The notes: generated by a model from the letters alone, not told the origin. A stretch of 57,901 nucleotides of DNA, filler included, from Sphacelaria rigidula (GCA_964200075.2; 8 parts of 8 records of this genome joined end to end with filler, not necessarily neighbours in it), one strand, 5' to 3'; counted from the whole stretch's first letter, positions 12,401-25,547 are shown. Program-made: numbers and translations.

Positions 12401-13600
12401 GCATTGCCTGCAACAGCGGTGCGTGCGCCTGCGCCCTTTTTGTTGGCACCAGGGTTACCGCCACCAGTGCAACCTGCAGCGGCGGCGGCGGCGGCTGCAG
12501 TGGCCGCTTCAGTGGCTGCAGCGGTGGTTAAGGAGGGCTTGGCGTTGGCACGCTTGCTCGTCCGGCTCTTGGACGGAGGAGCGGTCTCAATGAGGCCGGC
12601 TTCCAGTCTCTGGCGACGGGTGGTGTACTTGGTTCCCTTCGCGGGGCCACTCTTCCTCTTGACGCTGCGTTTACACTCCTCGCGCCTTTCAACGCATTAA
12701 TGAGTGCAATTCGGCGTAAAACCAAGGACGGTGGGGGAGGGAAGTGGGGAAAGAGAGTTCAACCAGCCAGATGCTGCTGCGACTTTTGTGTAAATATTCC
12801 CCACGGCATATGGGGCTTCGATTTCCTTCTATTCCGTTAGCTTGAATTTAATATTTCAAGAGCGGCCGCAGCACAAGCCTTCAGCTACTGACAGCACAAG
12901 CGCTCATGGATTCAGCTATACAGCTTATATCGATTTCACCCCGAGTCTAATCAAGATAAAACGTCTTCTATCGTTTCTGCACCAGAAGATAAAAACACCG
13001 CCCTCCCCACAGATTATCCGCCTCCAGAAACAAAAATAGAGGCATCTCACGGTGTATCTTAAACATCCGGACACCCGGGACACGCCCGTCGTAACAAATG
13101 CACAGAGGGAAAAAAAAAAGCGATCCTTACCGCTTTCGGCAAAGCTGGCACGGATCCTTTCCGTCGCAAGCCCTCTTCAAGCGCACGCATAGGCAGCAAG
13201 CCTTGCGCAACGTGACGGGCTGTTTAGGTGCCTCCTGTCCGCACGCAAAAAATTCGAAGAAGATTAAAACGGACCCAGCAAAAAACGTGCAAGTCGCGGT
13301 GAGAGACGATCACGGAGAAAATCAACTCGGGGAGCAAGCGAAGTAGAACGATCCAATTCATGTCGGTGCACGCGGTTTCCACAAGCGCATTCGCTTGCGT
13401 CATACACGCGTAGCAAAAATGAATTGTGAGATGATCCTCACATTCATGCTGAGTCGATTCCCACCCCATTCCTCCCTCCTCTGCCCTTCCCGGGCCCCCA
13501 TATATCTCTCTGCTCCCGGAAAAAAGTACGAGCCAGAACTGGGATAAACACTGCCACCCGCCGGTTGCACTCTGTGCATCGAATTATAGGAGAAGTTCAT
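9414..13600 (-). CDS. Zn(II)2Cys6 (GAL4-type binuclear cluster) transcription factor with long low-complexity C-terminus
   Basis: Exons 13234-13131, 12685-11569 and 11411-9414 (TGA) total 3219 nt, stay in frame and have GT-AG introns. The spliced motif LRKA-C-CL-C-VRLKRA-C-DGKDP-C-QL-C-RKRREE-C-KRSVKRKSGPAKG is Cx2Cx6Cx5Cx2Cx6C followed by a basic linker. A candidate first exon 13600-13442 (ATG, phase-0 GTGAGG donor) is less certain. Confidence 0.85.
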
Positions 13601-16600
13601 CGAGCCGTGTCAACAGCGAACTGTTGCGATCCGCTCTGCACCCCTCAATGCCACGTGACGATCCAGCATGCGCCCCTCAAATTACTCTTTGGTATTGCAT
13701 CACATCAAAGATGCCCTACAGTAGGCATCATCTGACGCATGGACGCACATGACGCGCTATGCTGTGCAATGCTACAGTTACGGGGCGGGGCGCGAAATAC
13801 AGAATAAAATAAAATAGAGGAAAAAAAAGAATGCCTCCCCCCAGCACCGTCACAAAAAAAAAAACGAGATATTAAAATATTGAGCTAGTTACAGTACATA
13901 TCCGAGCCAAATTCATCTGTTGTACGGACGGTATGACTTCAATAAACTCGAAGAAAAATATTAGAAATATTAAATAGTCAACCCGAAAAGCTCAGAACAG
14001 CGCCCGACTCGCGTACTCGGGGCCAGCGAATGGAACACCTTTTGGCGTTATCCTCCGGAGAAACACCAAAAGGCGAAGAAGGACTTCAACTATTAGAAAA
14101 GGCGGCGGAAACCACTCGCATGAGCGGAACAACTCACACCGGAAGCAACGGAACAACTACTGAGGACGGAACAACTCCTTCCGGCGATCAACCGTGCGGG
14201 AAAATGATGTCCCGGCGGATGAAACAACGTATCCACGTCCTTTCATCATATTTTGCTTCCGCGCTAGTCAGTTGTATTTCGATACCATCTGCCCCGCCGA
14301 TTCATCAACAAAAAATACATGATAATGCAAAGGGTGTATTTATGATCATGCATGCCTATCGGCCTCGACAATATAGCGAGGGTGAGGAGGAGGGTGGGGG
14401 GNNNNNNNNNNNNNNNNNNNNNNNNNNNNNNNNNNNNNNNNNNNNTTAATTAATTAANNNNNNNNNNNNNNNNNNNNNNNNNNNNNNNNNNNNNNNNNNN
14501 NGGGACGGGGGTGGGGAGTGGTGTGGGATGTGGGGGGGTTGGGGGAGGGTACTTATGATATTGTATGCCGTAGTCATATGACCATTGACCTCGCATCCCT
14601 ACAAAGCTGGGACGACGCACATCGGGTTTTCGCCGGATCAGGCTCGTAATTAATCACCAAGGGCGAAGCGCCGTAGTGTGTTCGGCGAGTCGCATGAAGG
14701 GTGAGCTGCATCGTGCTGAGATTGTTTGCCCCGAGGCGTACGGATTTTCTTGCATATGGATGTCAGCCTACAATGAGTTGCTTCATTTTCTGGTATCGCC
14801 ACTTCGAGGGACAACCACGGCTCATACACTGCCTCATGGGTGTCTCACCATGTAAACACTACGTAGTACGATCATCCTCACTATGGGGAGTTGAGGTTCT
14901 ACCACGCCGCACAACACGATCTAGCTCGGGGGGGCGGGGAGGAGGAGGGAGATGAAAGAACGGCAAAGGACAAAAATGAAAAGAGTTGACGTAGCAAATC
15001 TTTCTGCCGAGGAACCGTACTATGATGATAAGGGCGCACAAGATTTTTCTGGGCCGGCGCACCGGAGTTAGATACAGACTCTCGCTCGCGCTATTACTAC
15101 AGTACTACAGTAATGCAGTCAGGACGAAGTTGTGTTCGAAGGAGAGGCGATCCTCTGGCAGGCTAACATCACAATTCGTGAAGGAAAAAAGAGATGGTCG
15201 GTGTTCTGTTTGACAGAGATCAATGTACGTCACACAACTTTTCAAGGATCGGACGCACAGTGATTCGTCTGAAAAATCACTCGATCTTAGTGTAATTGAT
15301 TCGTGCCGTACGAATCAATCCTTGGGCTTTGATCCTTAGCCTTTGTTTCCAGGGTTGCACGTCAAGCACGCGCACCCCAGGCACCTACAATGGCGCAAAA
15401 ATTACCTCGAGATGTTTCCACCCGGGGTATACTCTTTTCTCCCTTTCGAGTAATCAGGCCTCAGAAATCGTAAAATTGGCGATTCAAAAACGTTTCACAC
15501 GTCGAACAGATCATGATCCGAACTGGGCCTGCTGACAGTGATTTTTTAACGAATCTTGGCGTTGTGATTGGTGATTCGAAGAGTTAGGCGCTGAAATTTT
15601 GACACGACGTTTTTATGATCAACCTGCGCAACATTATTGGGGGTGCAGAAGGAAGAACAAGAGCAAGAAAAAACACGAAGGTAGAGTAAGTTGAAGTTTC
15701 AGCAGAAACCGGGAGAATGCTACAACTTCGTGAAAAATTGCCAAATACGGCTGTACCCCGAACAATGTTGTGGCCACTCGCGTCCAGGACATCCTGCTCA
15801 AGTTTCGGCAAAAAGTACCTCAAGTTGAGCGCCGCATTGCACATTTCGTGTGACACGGCCGCGCCCCTTTAATCCAAGTGATACAGGAGACTCCACTTAT
15901 GGAGTTCATGAGTTTGAACCCCTACATATATATATATATTTTCGTTATGTCGTCGAGGTCATAAATTATGCATTACATTTGCTTTCCTTCTTTTTTTTTT
16001 CATTCAGCGGTGTGCCGAGTGTTACCAGGTTGGTCTGCAGTAGTTCACAGCGATATGCTCAAGTCGCGCTGATTCGGAACACTTGAGAAGTTGTGATGTG
16101 GAAAACGAATGCGGGATTTACTGCTGGCCCAGCTCGTATGCTGATCCGTGTCATGATCCAGATCATTTGCCCCCCCCTTTTCCATGTTTGCTCCTAACAG
16201 CGCCGGACGCCGAGCACGCCGCGCAACGCAAAGGTTGCGCTTTGGCTTTTTCTGACTCCGCGGTCACATATTTTGTGTTTTGGGACCAACGGATTCGAGA
16301 GTCTCCTTCGATTATTAGTTGTTCAGACATATCATAATCTGTCCCACGTGGTGAACTTTTGCAAGTTATGGGCAAACAAGCGCAACCCTACTGTACTGTT
16401 GTAGCACCACTCTCGCAGAATACTGTCGAGAGTCTCCTGGGTGTCAGGTGGAAGAACATTCTCACAACGTGATTACCACGTGCTTTGGAAGTTTTGAAAT
16501 ACTTTACTGTGCCTTCTCAGACATCGGTGAAACGTCTGTTTCACGTAGAAGAACATGGCGTATTCTAGATAGTCAGTATCTGAAACAGGCAGGACTTACA

Positions 16601-17037
16601 GCAGCTGCTCGGTGCTGTCGTTTTTGTGCATCCATGTCTCGCTTCCACTTGTTTTCGGGAGCCAAAAAGATGTTTGTAGGTATGGTGAGAGGCAGTTTGT
16701 GTTTCGATCAAAGCACAGCTCGGGGTGTTTCAATCCGCAGAACAGAGTGACATATGCAAGTGATTATGATACATGGCGAGTAGATCATGATGGTGGGCAG
16801 ATTGCTATTGATAGTGAATACAAGTGGTGTCCATTTTCTTTTCGAGGTATAAGGCTACTGCCCCTAGGTGTGGGAGTGGTAGTCTCGGGAGCCACGGACT
16901 TGGCCGTGGGACGTGCCTAGATAGCTCGATCTCATGTGGAGAGAAACCTCAGGGTCGAGAGGAGAAGTACCTTGAGAGGGCACCGGGACCGGTGCCGTCA
17001 CGAGTTGGAGTATGACGATCACTCCGGGGTCGGGAGG

Positions 17038-17151
17038 ACAATGACCCGGACGGGATAGACATTGGCGCGGACGGGCGAGACGTTGACCTGGACGGAATAG
17101 ACATTGACCCGGTCGGGATAGACGTTGACCCGGACGGGATAGATATTGACT
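17038..17151 (+). repeat. 21-bp minisatellite, ~5.5 copies
   Basis: Unit TTGACCCGGACGGGATAGACr with substitutions. Confidence 0.85.
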
Positions 17152-17261
17152 AGTGTTCCTGAGAACGTTCCCGGAACGATGCCGGAGATATGAATGTTCC
17201 TGGAACGGAACGGCGGTTGTAGACACGTGGAAGACTTGATGACTACCCTGGTACTCACATG

Positions 17262-17306
<45 letters not shown>

Positions 17307-17495
17307 TCTTCCACATAATCCATGAGGTATGCAGTGCAACAGATGAAACACCGACGCGTTCAGAGTTGGCTTTTTTTTTTACAGTTTTTTTGTTGTTGTT
17401 TCGTGTGTGTATATATATTTTTCTCGCGTGTTGCTAATTGTAATTCGTCGCGTATTCGTCTTCCATTTTTTGTGTGTGTGTGTGTGTCGTCACAG

Positions 17496-17633
17496 CATGC
17501 CAAGCTATTGTTCGGAAGCAACGATGTGGGAGTTGCAGCGGGGTTTTTCATGGAGCAACTAGCGGCATTTCACTTTGGAATGGCCGCAATCAATATCTTC
17601 AGTTGGAACATCGGCAGCGAGATGCGACCGAAG
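17496..17633 (+). CDS. Candidate isolated exon (HAKLLFGSNDVGVAAGFFMEQLAAFHFGMAAINIFSWNIGSEMRPK), possible membrane protein
   Basis: CAG acceptor after a T/TG-rich tract, 138 nt open in phase 0, hydrophobic protein-like composition, ends at AAG|GCGAGT (GC-type donor). No partner exons identified. Confidence 0.35.
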
Positions 17634-18699
17634 GCGAGTACAAGTACAGAAAAAACAACAAATATATGCTTTTAATAATAATAAAAAAAAACACTGACAC
17701 TCACATCATACTTCGCCGCAAGCTCTTTCGTTATGTGTTTTTACTTTGTTCTCCGGTTTGCTTTGGTTCGCTTTGGTTGTGTGTGAGTGCATTCTTTTGC
17801 ACGGCCTTGTTTCCTGAAGACATGCGGCAGCGGTCGGCTATCTCTTATTCATTGCCGTCGTTATCGTCGTTATCGTTGTTGTTGTTGATTCGATTGATTG
17901 TCGGACATTAACTGCGGAGTATATTTACTATTTTGAAAAAGTTGCGTCATTCGATCAACGTCTAACACCGCAAACACGGAATCGCCAGGAGGCGGGTGAT
18001 CTGCAAAATATTTATTCGCGCGATTTTACGAAAACAACGAACACATTCAACCCTCATTCCCAGCCTGAATCAACGTATCAAATTCAACCCGAATCGAATG
18101 ATGGTGAGTTTCTCCTTCCTTCAAGGAAAAAAATATGTAGGACGTTTGCCGGCTGTTACGTTGCATGACCGCACTCTAGTGGGACCCTCCACTTCTTTTT
18201 TTCTTGTCGTTTTTCTTTATTTTATGCCCCTCCCCCTCCCTCCCGCCTTCTTCGAGATCGAGTCCGTAGCCTCGAGAGATGAACCTCGCCTCTTTCCGCA
18301 GTTTTCAACTCGCCTTATGGAGTCCAAATTAAAAATGGCCTATAGCCTTGCATGCACACTTCCGAGCACTGGAGGCGAGGAAACACTTATTCTATTTTCC
18401 TGCCACACGTTTAGCCTCTCCCCTTGCTCGGGATGAGTAAGTGGTGGCGAGGGGTCCATCCATGTCTTCTTGTCTTCCCCGGCGCACGCCTTACTTTTTT
18501 GCTATCGCGGGTTGGATCATGACTAACACTCCCGCACCGCCTCAACTATCGTCGAATGAAGTTTATCTGCTACTCGCGTCCTCATGTTTCCAACAATTAT
18601 CCATTTATATTAATATTGCTGTTGTCGATGTTGTTGTTGTTGTCGTTATAAAATGTTAACATCACCCAGTCGTTATCGTTGTCATTTCCACCGCCATCG

Positions 18700-18800
18700 T
18701 CATTATCTTCATCATTATTATTTCCGCACATTAGCCCGATCTCGCGAACCCGCGGTCGCAGACGTAGGCTCCCCTTTCCAGTACCGTCACTGATATTCTT
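18700..18800 (-). mobile_element. Retroposon 3' end with (AAT)n-like tail; related copies at ~28590-28690 and ~40611-40690
   Basis: Shared CGCACATTAGyCCGATCTCkCGAAC..GyGGTCrCAGACGTAGGCTC..CTTTsCArTACCGTC on three contigs, two of them preceded by ATT repeats. Confidence 0.7.
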
Positions 18801-21503
18801 CACATGGGGTGAGAGCGCTCATTGCTTATTCTGAGACTCCGATACAACGAAGCAACATACACCACGAAATGGAACAAGAGAGAGAGAGAGAGATGTCCAG
18901 AAAACGCCAAGAGTCCCACCCTGAGTTAGTCGGTCGGGATGTGGTGAAAGAGACACATCGGAATCGCCAAAAAGTAAAACAGAGGAAAAAATACAGAGAA
19001 AATAAATAAATATTAAAAATCAGTGAGGAATTAAACTGGATACCGAGCAAGAATCACGCAACAAAATCAGGTACCCTCAACGATGGAAATCAGATGCTTC
19101 TCGGACGAATCCAACAACATCTGCCGGAAATCGATCCGACATTCTCCCGACCATGTTGGTGTCACTCGGAGCGATCGGACCACCGGGGCGCTTCGGGTAT
19201 GCAGCGTGATTTATGGCAAACGCATGGCTCCGACAATCGAGACGACTTGAAACAATCGTTATAACCACCACACCGTGAAAGATGAATTGCATTGCCAGCA
19301 AGTGCACCGCGTGCGGTACGGAATCTCTTTGTCTACTGCAACAGACGCAAAAGTCAATGTTGTTGAATGCAGTACATTTTTTGACAACGCAATTTCTTGT
19401 CCAGAGTAAGATGACCGTTGGATAGATACTTCGAATTGTATACTGCCAATGTATGTAATGATAGTCAACCAACGAATATATTCAAATGCTGCACGCTGGC
19501 AGAGGAGGGGAAGCGTATACTATTAATGTGTGTAATGATAATCGATCAATAAATATTGTTAAATACTGCTAGGAGAGGGGAAATCGTATACTATTAATAT
19601 GTGCCATAATAATCGATTAATAATCAAATTCCACTGTTGCTAGCAGGAGGGAGGGGGGTACAATATACAGTAATGCTCCTTGTGTCACGAGAGGTGTGCG
19701 TATTTGAAATCTTTTTTGTTCATCCAACCAGCGGTTTACGGTCGGAAACCATCGATCGGGTGGCAGGGTCGACTACCCCTGTGGTTGCCATGTTTTTTCA
19801 TTTTCCAATAATCCATGTGTAAAGTGGCAGAACTCACTCACCGTACATGGACTATTTGGTTTTCATATTTTGTCAGGCGGCGATTTCCCCTGGAAACTGA
19901 AGGAACACCTATGGAGTGAAAGGTCACGCCAAGGGCCTCCCAAAACGGACATTGCTTTTAGTGCGCTCTTGAGTTCAGGGCTTCAATACACGTAAAATTA
20001 TGTATCGGAACAATAGTGCTTTCAGTGTTTTTTTTGCATATTGCTCGCACGATCGAGGAATATGTCATAGTCCAGCATTTTCCCCTGGTACTTGTACTTC
20101 TTTTATTTGTATCGGGTATGCCAATCATGAGGACACGCCTGGATCTCTGGATCAGTTAATGAGCGACGATCAATCAATAAATAAATGTACTTGTTTTGAC
20201 GACATGGATGTGTGGACACACCACCTCCACCACCATCATCATCATCGTCACCACCACCACCGACAACAACAACAATACTAATAGCAACGCGTGTTTTGCA
20301 ATTATGACGAAGAAAACCCCCCACGAAAACTCGATCACGCGAACACGCGCGGCCGGTGCTCCCCTGTCGTGCGTTGCTGGTATTATTGCACGCCGTCCTT
20401 TATTCGTTCGTCCTCCTTCGAGCCATCCTACGATAGGGGTGGGTGGAAGTATTTCGGGCCACTTCTTGCACGAAATTCGAAATCGAAATGTCGTTGAAAG
20501 CAGCAACGGTTGCTCGAACGAGCTTGTTATAGATAAATAACGCTCAAATCATACTACTTGATACCGTTCTTAACCAAATAGAAACGCACGGCGAGTGTGG
20601 CAGGTTGTCTAACACATCTATTGCGCTGACTGTTTAGCTCAGTGGATATGCTGTATATCTAACACTTATGAGTCTCTTTTTTTGTGCAATCAAATACACC
20701 CCCCTTTGAGCACGCCCCCCCCCTTCCCCCTCCCCTATCGTAGGAGGACTCCTTCGTTTTACTGCTGCCTGTTCTTTCTTCTATCGAAGATTCACAATAA
20801 TCGCCTTATCTCAGTCTGGCCACTATCCCAATGCAAGTAGTTTATATCTTAGGCAACGGTTACCGGTTAGATACTTGACAACTCTGTCTCTACGTTAGTT
20901 TTATTCGGTATTCGAATGGGTTTTGTTTTTTATTCATGAAGATCGGTATTTTTTCATGTAATGTTTCGTGTGTGCGTTTTGTGTTTTGCTTTTGATATTT
21001 TTTGTTCAATGCCCGGTAAGTCTGTTTCTACTCTAATTTCAGATAGCGACCTAGTGGTGTAAGTTTTATTTAATTGATGAGTGAATATTTTTCACGTCTG
21101 TTTTTTTTTTTGTCGTTTCTGTGATTTCGTGCTTGCAAAAAAAAAAACTGTTGATTATGTTACTATTTCATTTTCAGGTAGTATTGTCGTAGTTTATATT
21201 TTTTTAATTGAAATATTTATATTTCATGTTCTTTCTGCGTGTGTGTGTGTTGTGACTATGTGCTTCCCCCCTCCCCAAACAGGTTTAAAGGGGGAGATGC
21301 GGGACGCGTGAACGAAGGTGGCACGATTTCGTCTGATGCACTAGACAGTAGAGAGTAAACGATGGCTATACTAGGAGGTAGATGGTGGCCACAGACGGCG
21401 AAACAGGACGGGGATAAGATATGTAGAAGGTTTTTATGTAATGTATGGAAAAAACGTAATGAGCGCCGGAATGTTGAAGGTGGCTCTATTAGGAGTAGGA
21501 ACG

Positions 21504-21651
21504 GTGCTCCGTCTCGAAAGGGATGCGTGGTCAATGATCACACGGCTACGGCAAGCAACAAATGACTACGCCCCCCCCCGTGCTCCGTCTCGAAAGGGAT
21601 GCGTGGTCAATGGTCAAATGACTAAGGCAAGCAACAAATGACTACGCCCCC
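21504..21651 (+). repeat. Tandem pair of the abundant ~75-bp CGTCTCGAAAGGGATGCG...ACAAATGAsTACGCCCC repeat
   Basis: Same motif at 1979-2035, 2047-2115, 36252-36290 (partial), 37305-37360 (partial), 43515-43577 (-), 50813-50880 (-) and degenerate at ~14550-14600 (-). Confidence 0.9.
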
Positions 21652-21949
21652 NNNNNNNNNNNNNNNNNNNNNNNNNNNNNNNNNNNNNNNNNNNNTTAAT
21701 TAATTAANNNNNNNNNNNNNNNNNNNNNNNNNNNNNNNNNNNNNNNNNNNNGGGGTGGTGGGTGGTGGGTTGTGGTGTTGTGTGTTTGTTGGTGGGGTCT
21801 CCGTGTCCCAAAATCTTCTCCCGACAGACCGTTGGTACACTTTTTAATTATTTCACACAGGGCACAATGTAGTCTCTGCATAAAAAAAAACAGACCGCTA
21901 CTACAATATATAGCACTGGAACCCTTGTATGGCAGCACAGGTCACTCAC

Positions 21950-24670
21950 CTCAAGCATGGCGAAACCCGTCTGCATGACTGCGACAATCAAGGGGAGGCA
22001 GTGGGACAGAAGGTATCAACGCATGGAGACACGGGAGAGCGAGGGTATCTGCATCAAGTACAATCGTGGGAAGATTCTGAGCGGGTGCACAACTAATTCA
22101 GTCCACTTCATCAGCACATATTTTGTATACATGTGCGGCCAATAGGGTGATACTCGGAGGTCAACCTTTAGGGCGCGGTGCGGGTAGTCCATCTGGATCA
22201 TGCATACTGTCTTCAACTGTATATCGATGCCGATTCAGCAGGTGACCTGTCCTCGCGGTCAAAGCATTTACTTGGAATCTGCGCGAGGAAGGCGTTGACG
22301 TTTTGCGGCATATTTTTTCGTAAGTGCGCAGGATAGAGGTATGAGTTGGGTCCCCTGACCACGTGTGAGTGTGGACTACAGTACTGTCAGCGGGGATAGA
22401 AGCCACCACAAATGCTTCGTTTGTTGTATGTGTCGTCTTGCAGCCCTCATCATTCGCCAACACAATTTCGAAGTGTCTACGATGCTAGTTCTACTGTTGT
22501 TGTAGTGTAAAGCAGGCCAATGTTTCGTGAGACGTGCGTCCGAATAATACTACAGCGCACAAAACTACTGTAACCCTTCGACTGTCAGTCATCTGCTGAC
22601 TCGGTATCACCTCCGCTTAAAAATTACCGAGACCCGGGCCTTTCAACCGAACCCCCTCCGCATCAAACAACGGATGATCCTCAATACCATTCTACGGACG
22701 GAGACGTTAATACCGTTCGTCCTTCCTCGTCCTCAACGTGTCACACGATGGGAGTTGTACATGGGCAACTTGAAGTATGCGCTCTACCTTGTCGCTCTTC
22801 AACTTATAAAAAATAAGCGTACCGCGTGTCCCTACGCTGACTACGGACCCACGACTTGAGCACAACAAGTAAATGTTGTACCTACTAGCCACGACTCGCC
22901 ACGGGCGGAGTCTCTTACGCTGATCAAGAACAGCCTATTGTTCCCATAGCGCGCATATATAGTTACCCTTGTAACGATCATCATACCGCATCGAACGGCT
23001 ACAAGGATAGATGCGAATGCAATACATATGAGTACCCTGTGCAACCTCAGTACACATGCTGGGGGATATCAAACTCACAGAATACCAGCACTGCGCCGAA
23101 TCTTCACCCGTACCCGTTCATCCAGAATGCAAACGACCATACATACGAGGAGTGGAGCAGAGAATGTGCACGAGCGCGACGGGAAACAGGCACGAGTGTG
23201 GGACCGACGAGGAGATGATCCTGAGATAACCATGAGGAGCACTTGGCGTAATTAAACTACGTGCATCATTATGAATCGAGTTTGCGTGCGGTCGCGGCAG
23301 GTAGATGTGCAGAAAGAACAAAAACGATTTTGTTTGGCCCGCCATGTCGTGCAGGAATGGTAATTTGCGCCGAACTGTACTGTCCTTCTCAGATATCTCG
23401 TTAGGGCGTGCAAGGGAATCATGGTGCAGCCACCCAACACAAGAGCACACTAAAATATGTCGGAGCCCCGGGTTGGTGGGGTTTAGCAGCCTAGTTTGAA
23501 GCCGTTGTGTCCGTAGACCCGCCGCGAATTTGATGATGTGTGGATATTCGTGTGGTCGTTGATCTCGGGTCGCCAGGTGCCGTGAATTACCTTAAAAATG
23601 CGCACCCTCCTTTGACACGAGTGCCTGTACGAAGTAGTAGTATCCAAAGCCTTGCAACTCTGTGTTCAGTTTATAGAGGTTCTCAAGCTAAGTCTAGGCG
23701 TTCACGCATCTCCTGCGATGCGATGCCCCGTTATCCGTCACAGTCGTGACGATGCTATCCACAACAGCTTCCGGGTGCATGGTCAATTCACATGTATCGT
23801 TTGAACTTCAACTCCGGCGGGCTTCCCCTTTTTGATGCACTGTACTCGCGTAGTCTTGGGCAGTGCAGTAGCAGGAGTTGTTCAAACGCGATTTAGCAAG
23901 ATTTTTTCTTGCGTGCAAACTACACGCACGTGTGCACATGTGCTTGGTCAGTCTACTCTAGACTTGCCTCAGCATGCCTCAACACTCTGCCTTACTGACA
24001 GCATTCTTCTCTGCTGTCATGGTCTTAGAGGGTTGTCTTGGTCCGTGCAAAATATATCTTCGACGCAGGATCGGATCGGCTACTACTGTACTACTGTAGA
24101 GTCCTGTACTGTTGTGCTGTTGTCTGTACAGAGATAATAGTTTTTTTTGTAGGAGCATCAAGACATACATCCTCCCATGTCCCCCCGCGCGTCGGCCTTG
24201 ACCGCTACAACAGTACACACAGGGCTATCGGGGCAATTCAATGGCATGGAAACGGTATCAGAGATATCGTAGTGGTAACCTACCCTGTGCAGGTTGCTAT
24301 GGACTGCAATTGATCAGGTACGCCTGGAATACATACAAGGGGCGAACGAAGATCTGATTGATGATGTGCACGAAAGATACGACTACAAGAGAGATGACAT
24401 GCACAAAATATGAGTAAAAACATCGACGTGAAAAAAACTGGCTAGACAACGGTATACATGCAGGTTACTTGGGCAATCTGTCACTGTGGTATCAGACGTA
24501 GCTGGACAGGAACATCACCAGAAGGGAGAAAAAACTCACAGCAGCCAAAAGGTGTCCGCGCTAGTCGCCTGAAGGCTCACAGTGGTGTTCATTTCCGTAA
24601 CAGCGGCGTTGATGCATTCTGCAAAAGATGCAAGATTAGTCGCGTCGCAGCCCTCGAACTCAGATGACAT
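21950..24670 (-). CDS. AMT: Ammonium transporter (Amt/AMT1 family), 5' partial, 3 exons
   Basis: Exons 24670-24540 (ATG), 23101-23079 (23 nt) and 21978-21950 (29 nt), with GTGAGT donors and matching phases (2, 1, 0), give MSSEFEGCDATNLASFAECINAAVTEMNTTVSLQATSADTFWLLFGAVLVFFMQTGFAMLE. DTxWLLxxAxLVFFMQxGFAMLE is the AMT TM1 signature. The gene runs off the contig end. Confidence 0.9.
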
Positions 24671-25127
24671 GCTTGCGCCAGAAAGATCTACTGTTGTAAG
24701 CTCTCTTCGTATCCCGCACTCGCTCTCTTTCTCCTTTTTGTTCTCTCTCTACTTTTCTCTCTGTTCTTGTGCGTGAAGGGCGTTAAATAGTAGTGTGACG
24801 CTGAGATAGAGCGCGCGATGAAACCGACTAACAGGCGTTGCGTGCAAGTTCAGACAGATGGTACGGTATCGAGCTAACCGTACCCATGCGACGGTTACTG
24901 TTGGCCCAAGAGGAACATAAGTCGGAATGTCCTGAAAAGAGCCAGTTCTGCTCTCATGTGTAGGGAGGGGAAGCATACTTTCGTATTTTCTCCAGTAGAT
25001 TTGGAGGGAATCCGCCACTAAAAATATCCGCCGGGTCAGATTTACGGAATTCAGACATTCGAACGGACGAAATGTGTGGAGATCGCCATTTTGGTGTATG
25101 TGCGGAGAAATTTACTTTTATGACGTG

Positions 25128-25517
25128 CTGTCTTCCCATTTATTCTGGACGTCAGTCTGCACCTTTCGGTATACATGCGGGCGCACCGCAGCCGGGGTCA
25201 CACGCAGGAGAAAGATCAACTCAGGAATTATTTTTTATTTTTATTTTTCGTTCTCCACCTATCTTCTGGGGCAAAGGGTATGGCTCTAGCACCTAGAGTC
25301 AGACCCTTTGTTCTGCGGTGCTTGACATTGATTGTTTATCGCGAGAGGGGTTCAGTTCAGCAGTCTCTTTCCCACGTCGAATTTTGTGTACCCACGACAT
25401 GGTCGCTCTTCACTGTTGGGCATTGTGTGAGATAAATCCCAGATCGCTCCGAGATTCGAACCCACGAGCCGACCGTCAGAAAGTGTCGAGGTCAACAACT
25501 GAGTCACCGGGGCGACC
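25128..25517 (-). mobile_element. tRNA-headed SINE-like element
   Basis: Minus-strand head GGTCGCCCCGGTGACTCAGTTGTT...GTGGGTTCGAATCTC with A- and B-box-like motifs but no valid cloverleaf, followed by ~300 bp of non-coding body. Confidence 0.6.
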
Positions 25518-25547
25518 GTCTTGCTTGGCCCAGGCTTAGCAGTTATC

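Noticed and set aside
11807..12700. 297-aa plus-strand ORF and other ORFs in 9400-12700
   Set aside because: Antisense shadows of the GC-rich Zn2Cys6 exons.
2232..13600. Zn2Cys6 gene nested in or fused to the USP gene
   Set aside because: They lie on different contigs separated by an artificial linker.
24575..24581. GTGAGC as the donor of AMT exon 1
   Set aside because: It is phase 0 and would delete the conserved DTFWL. The donor at 24539 gives the correct phase and motif.
25440..25517. Functional tRNA genes at the SINE heads (also 41780-41850)
   Set aside because: A/B boxes are present but the acceptor and anticodon stems do not pair and there is no adjacent T-run.
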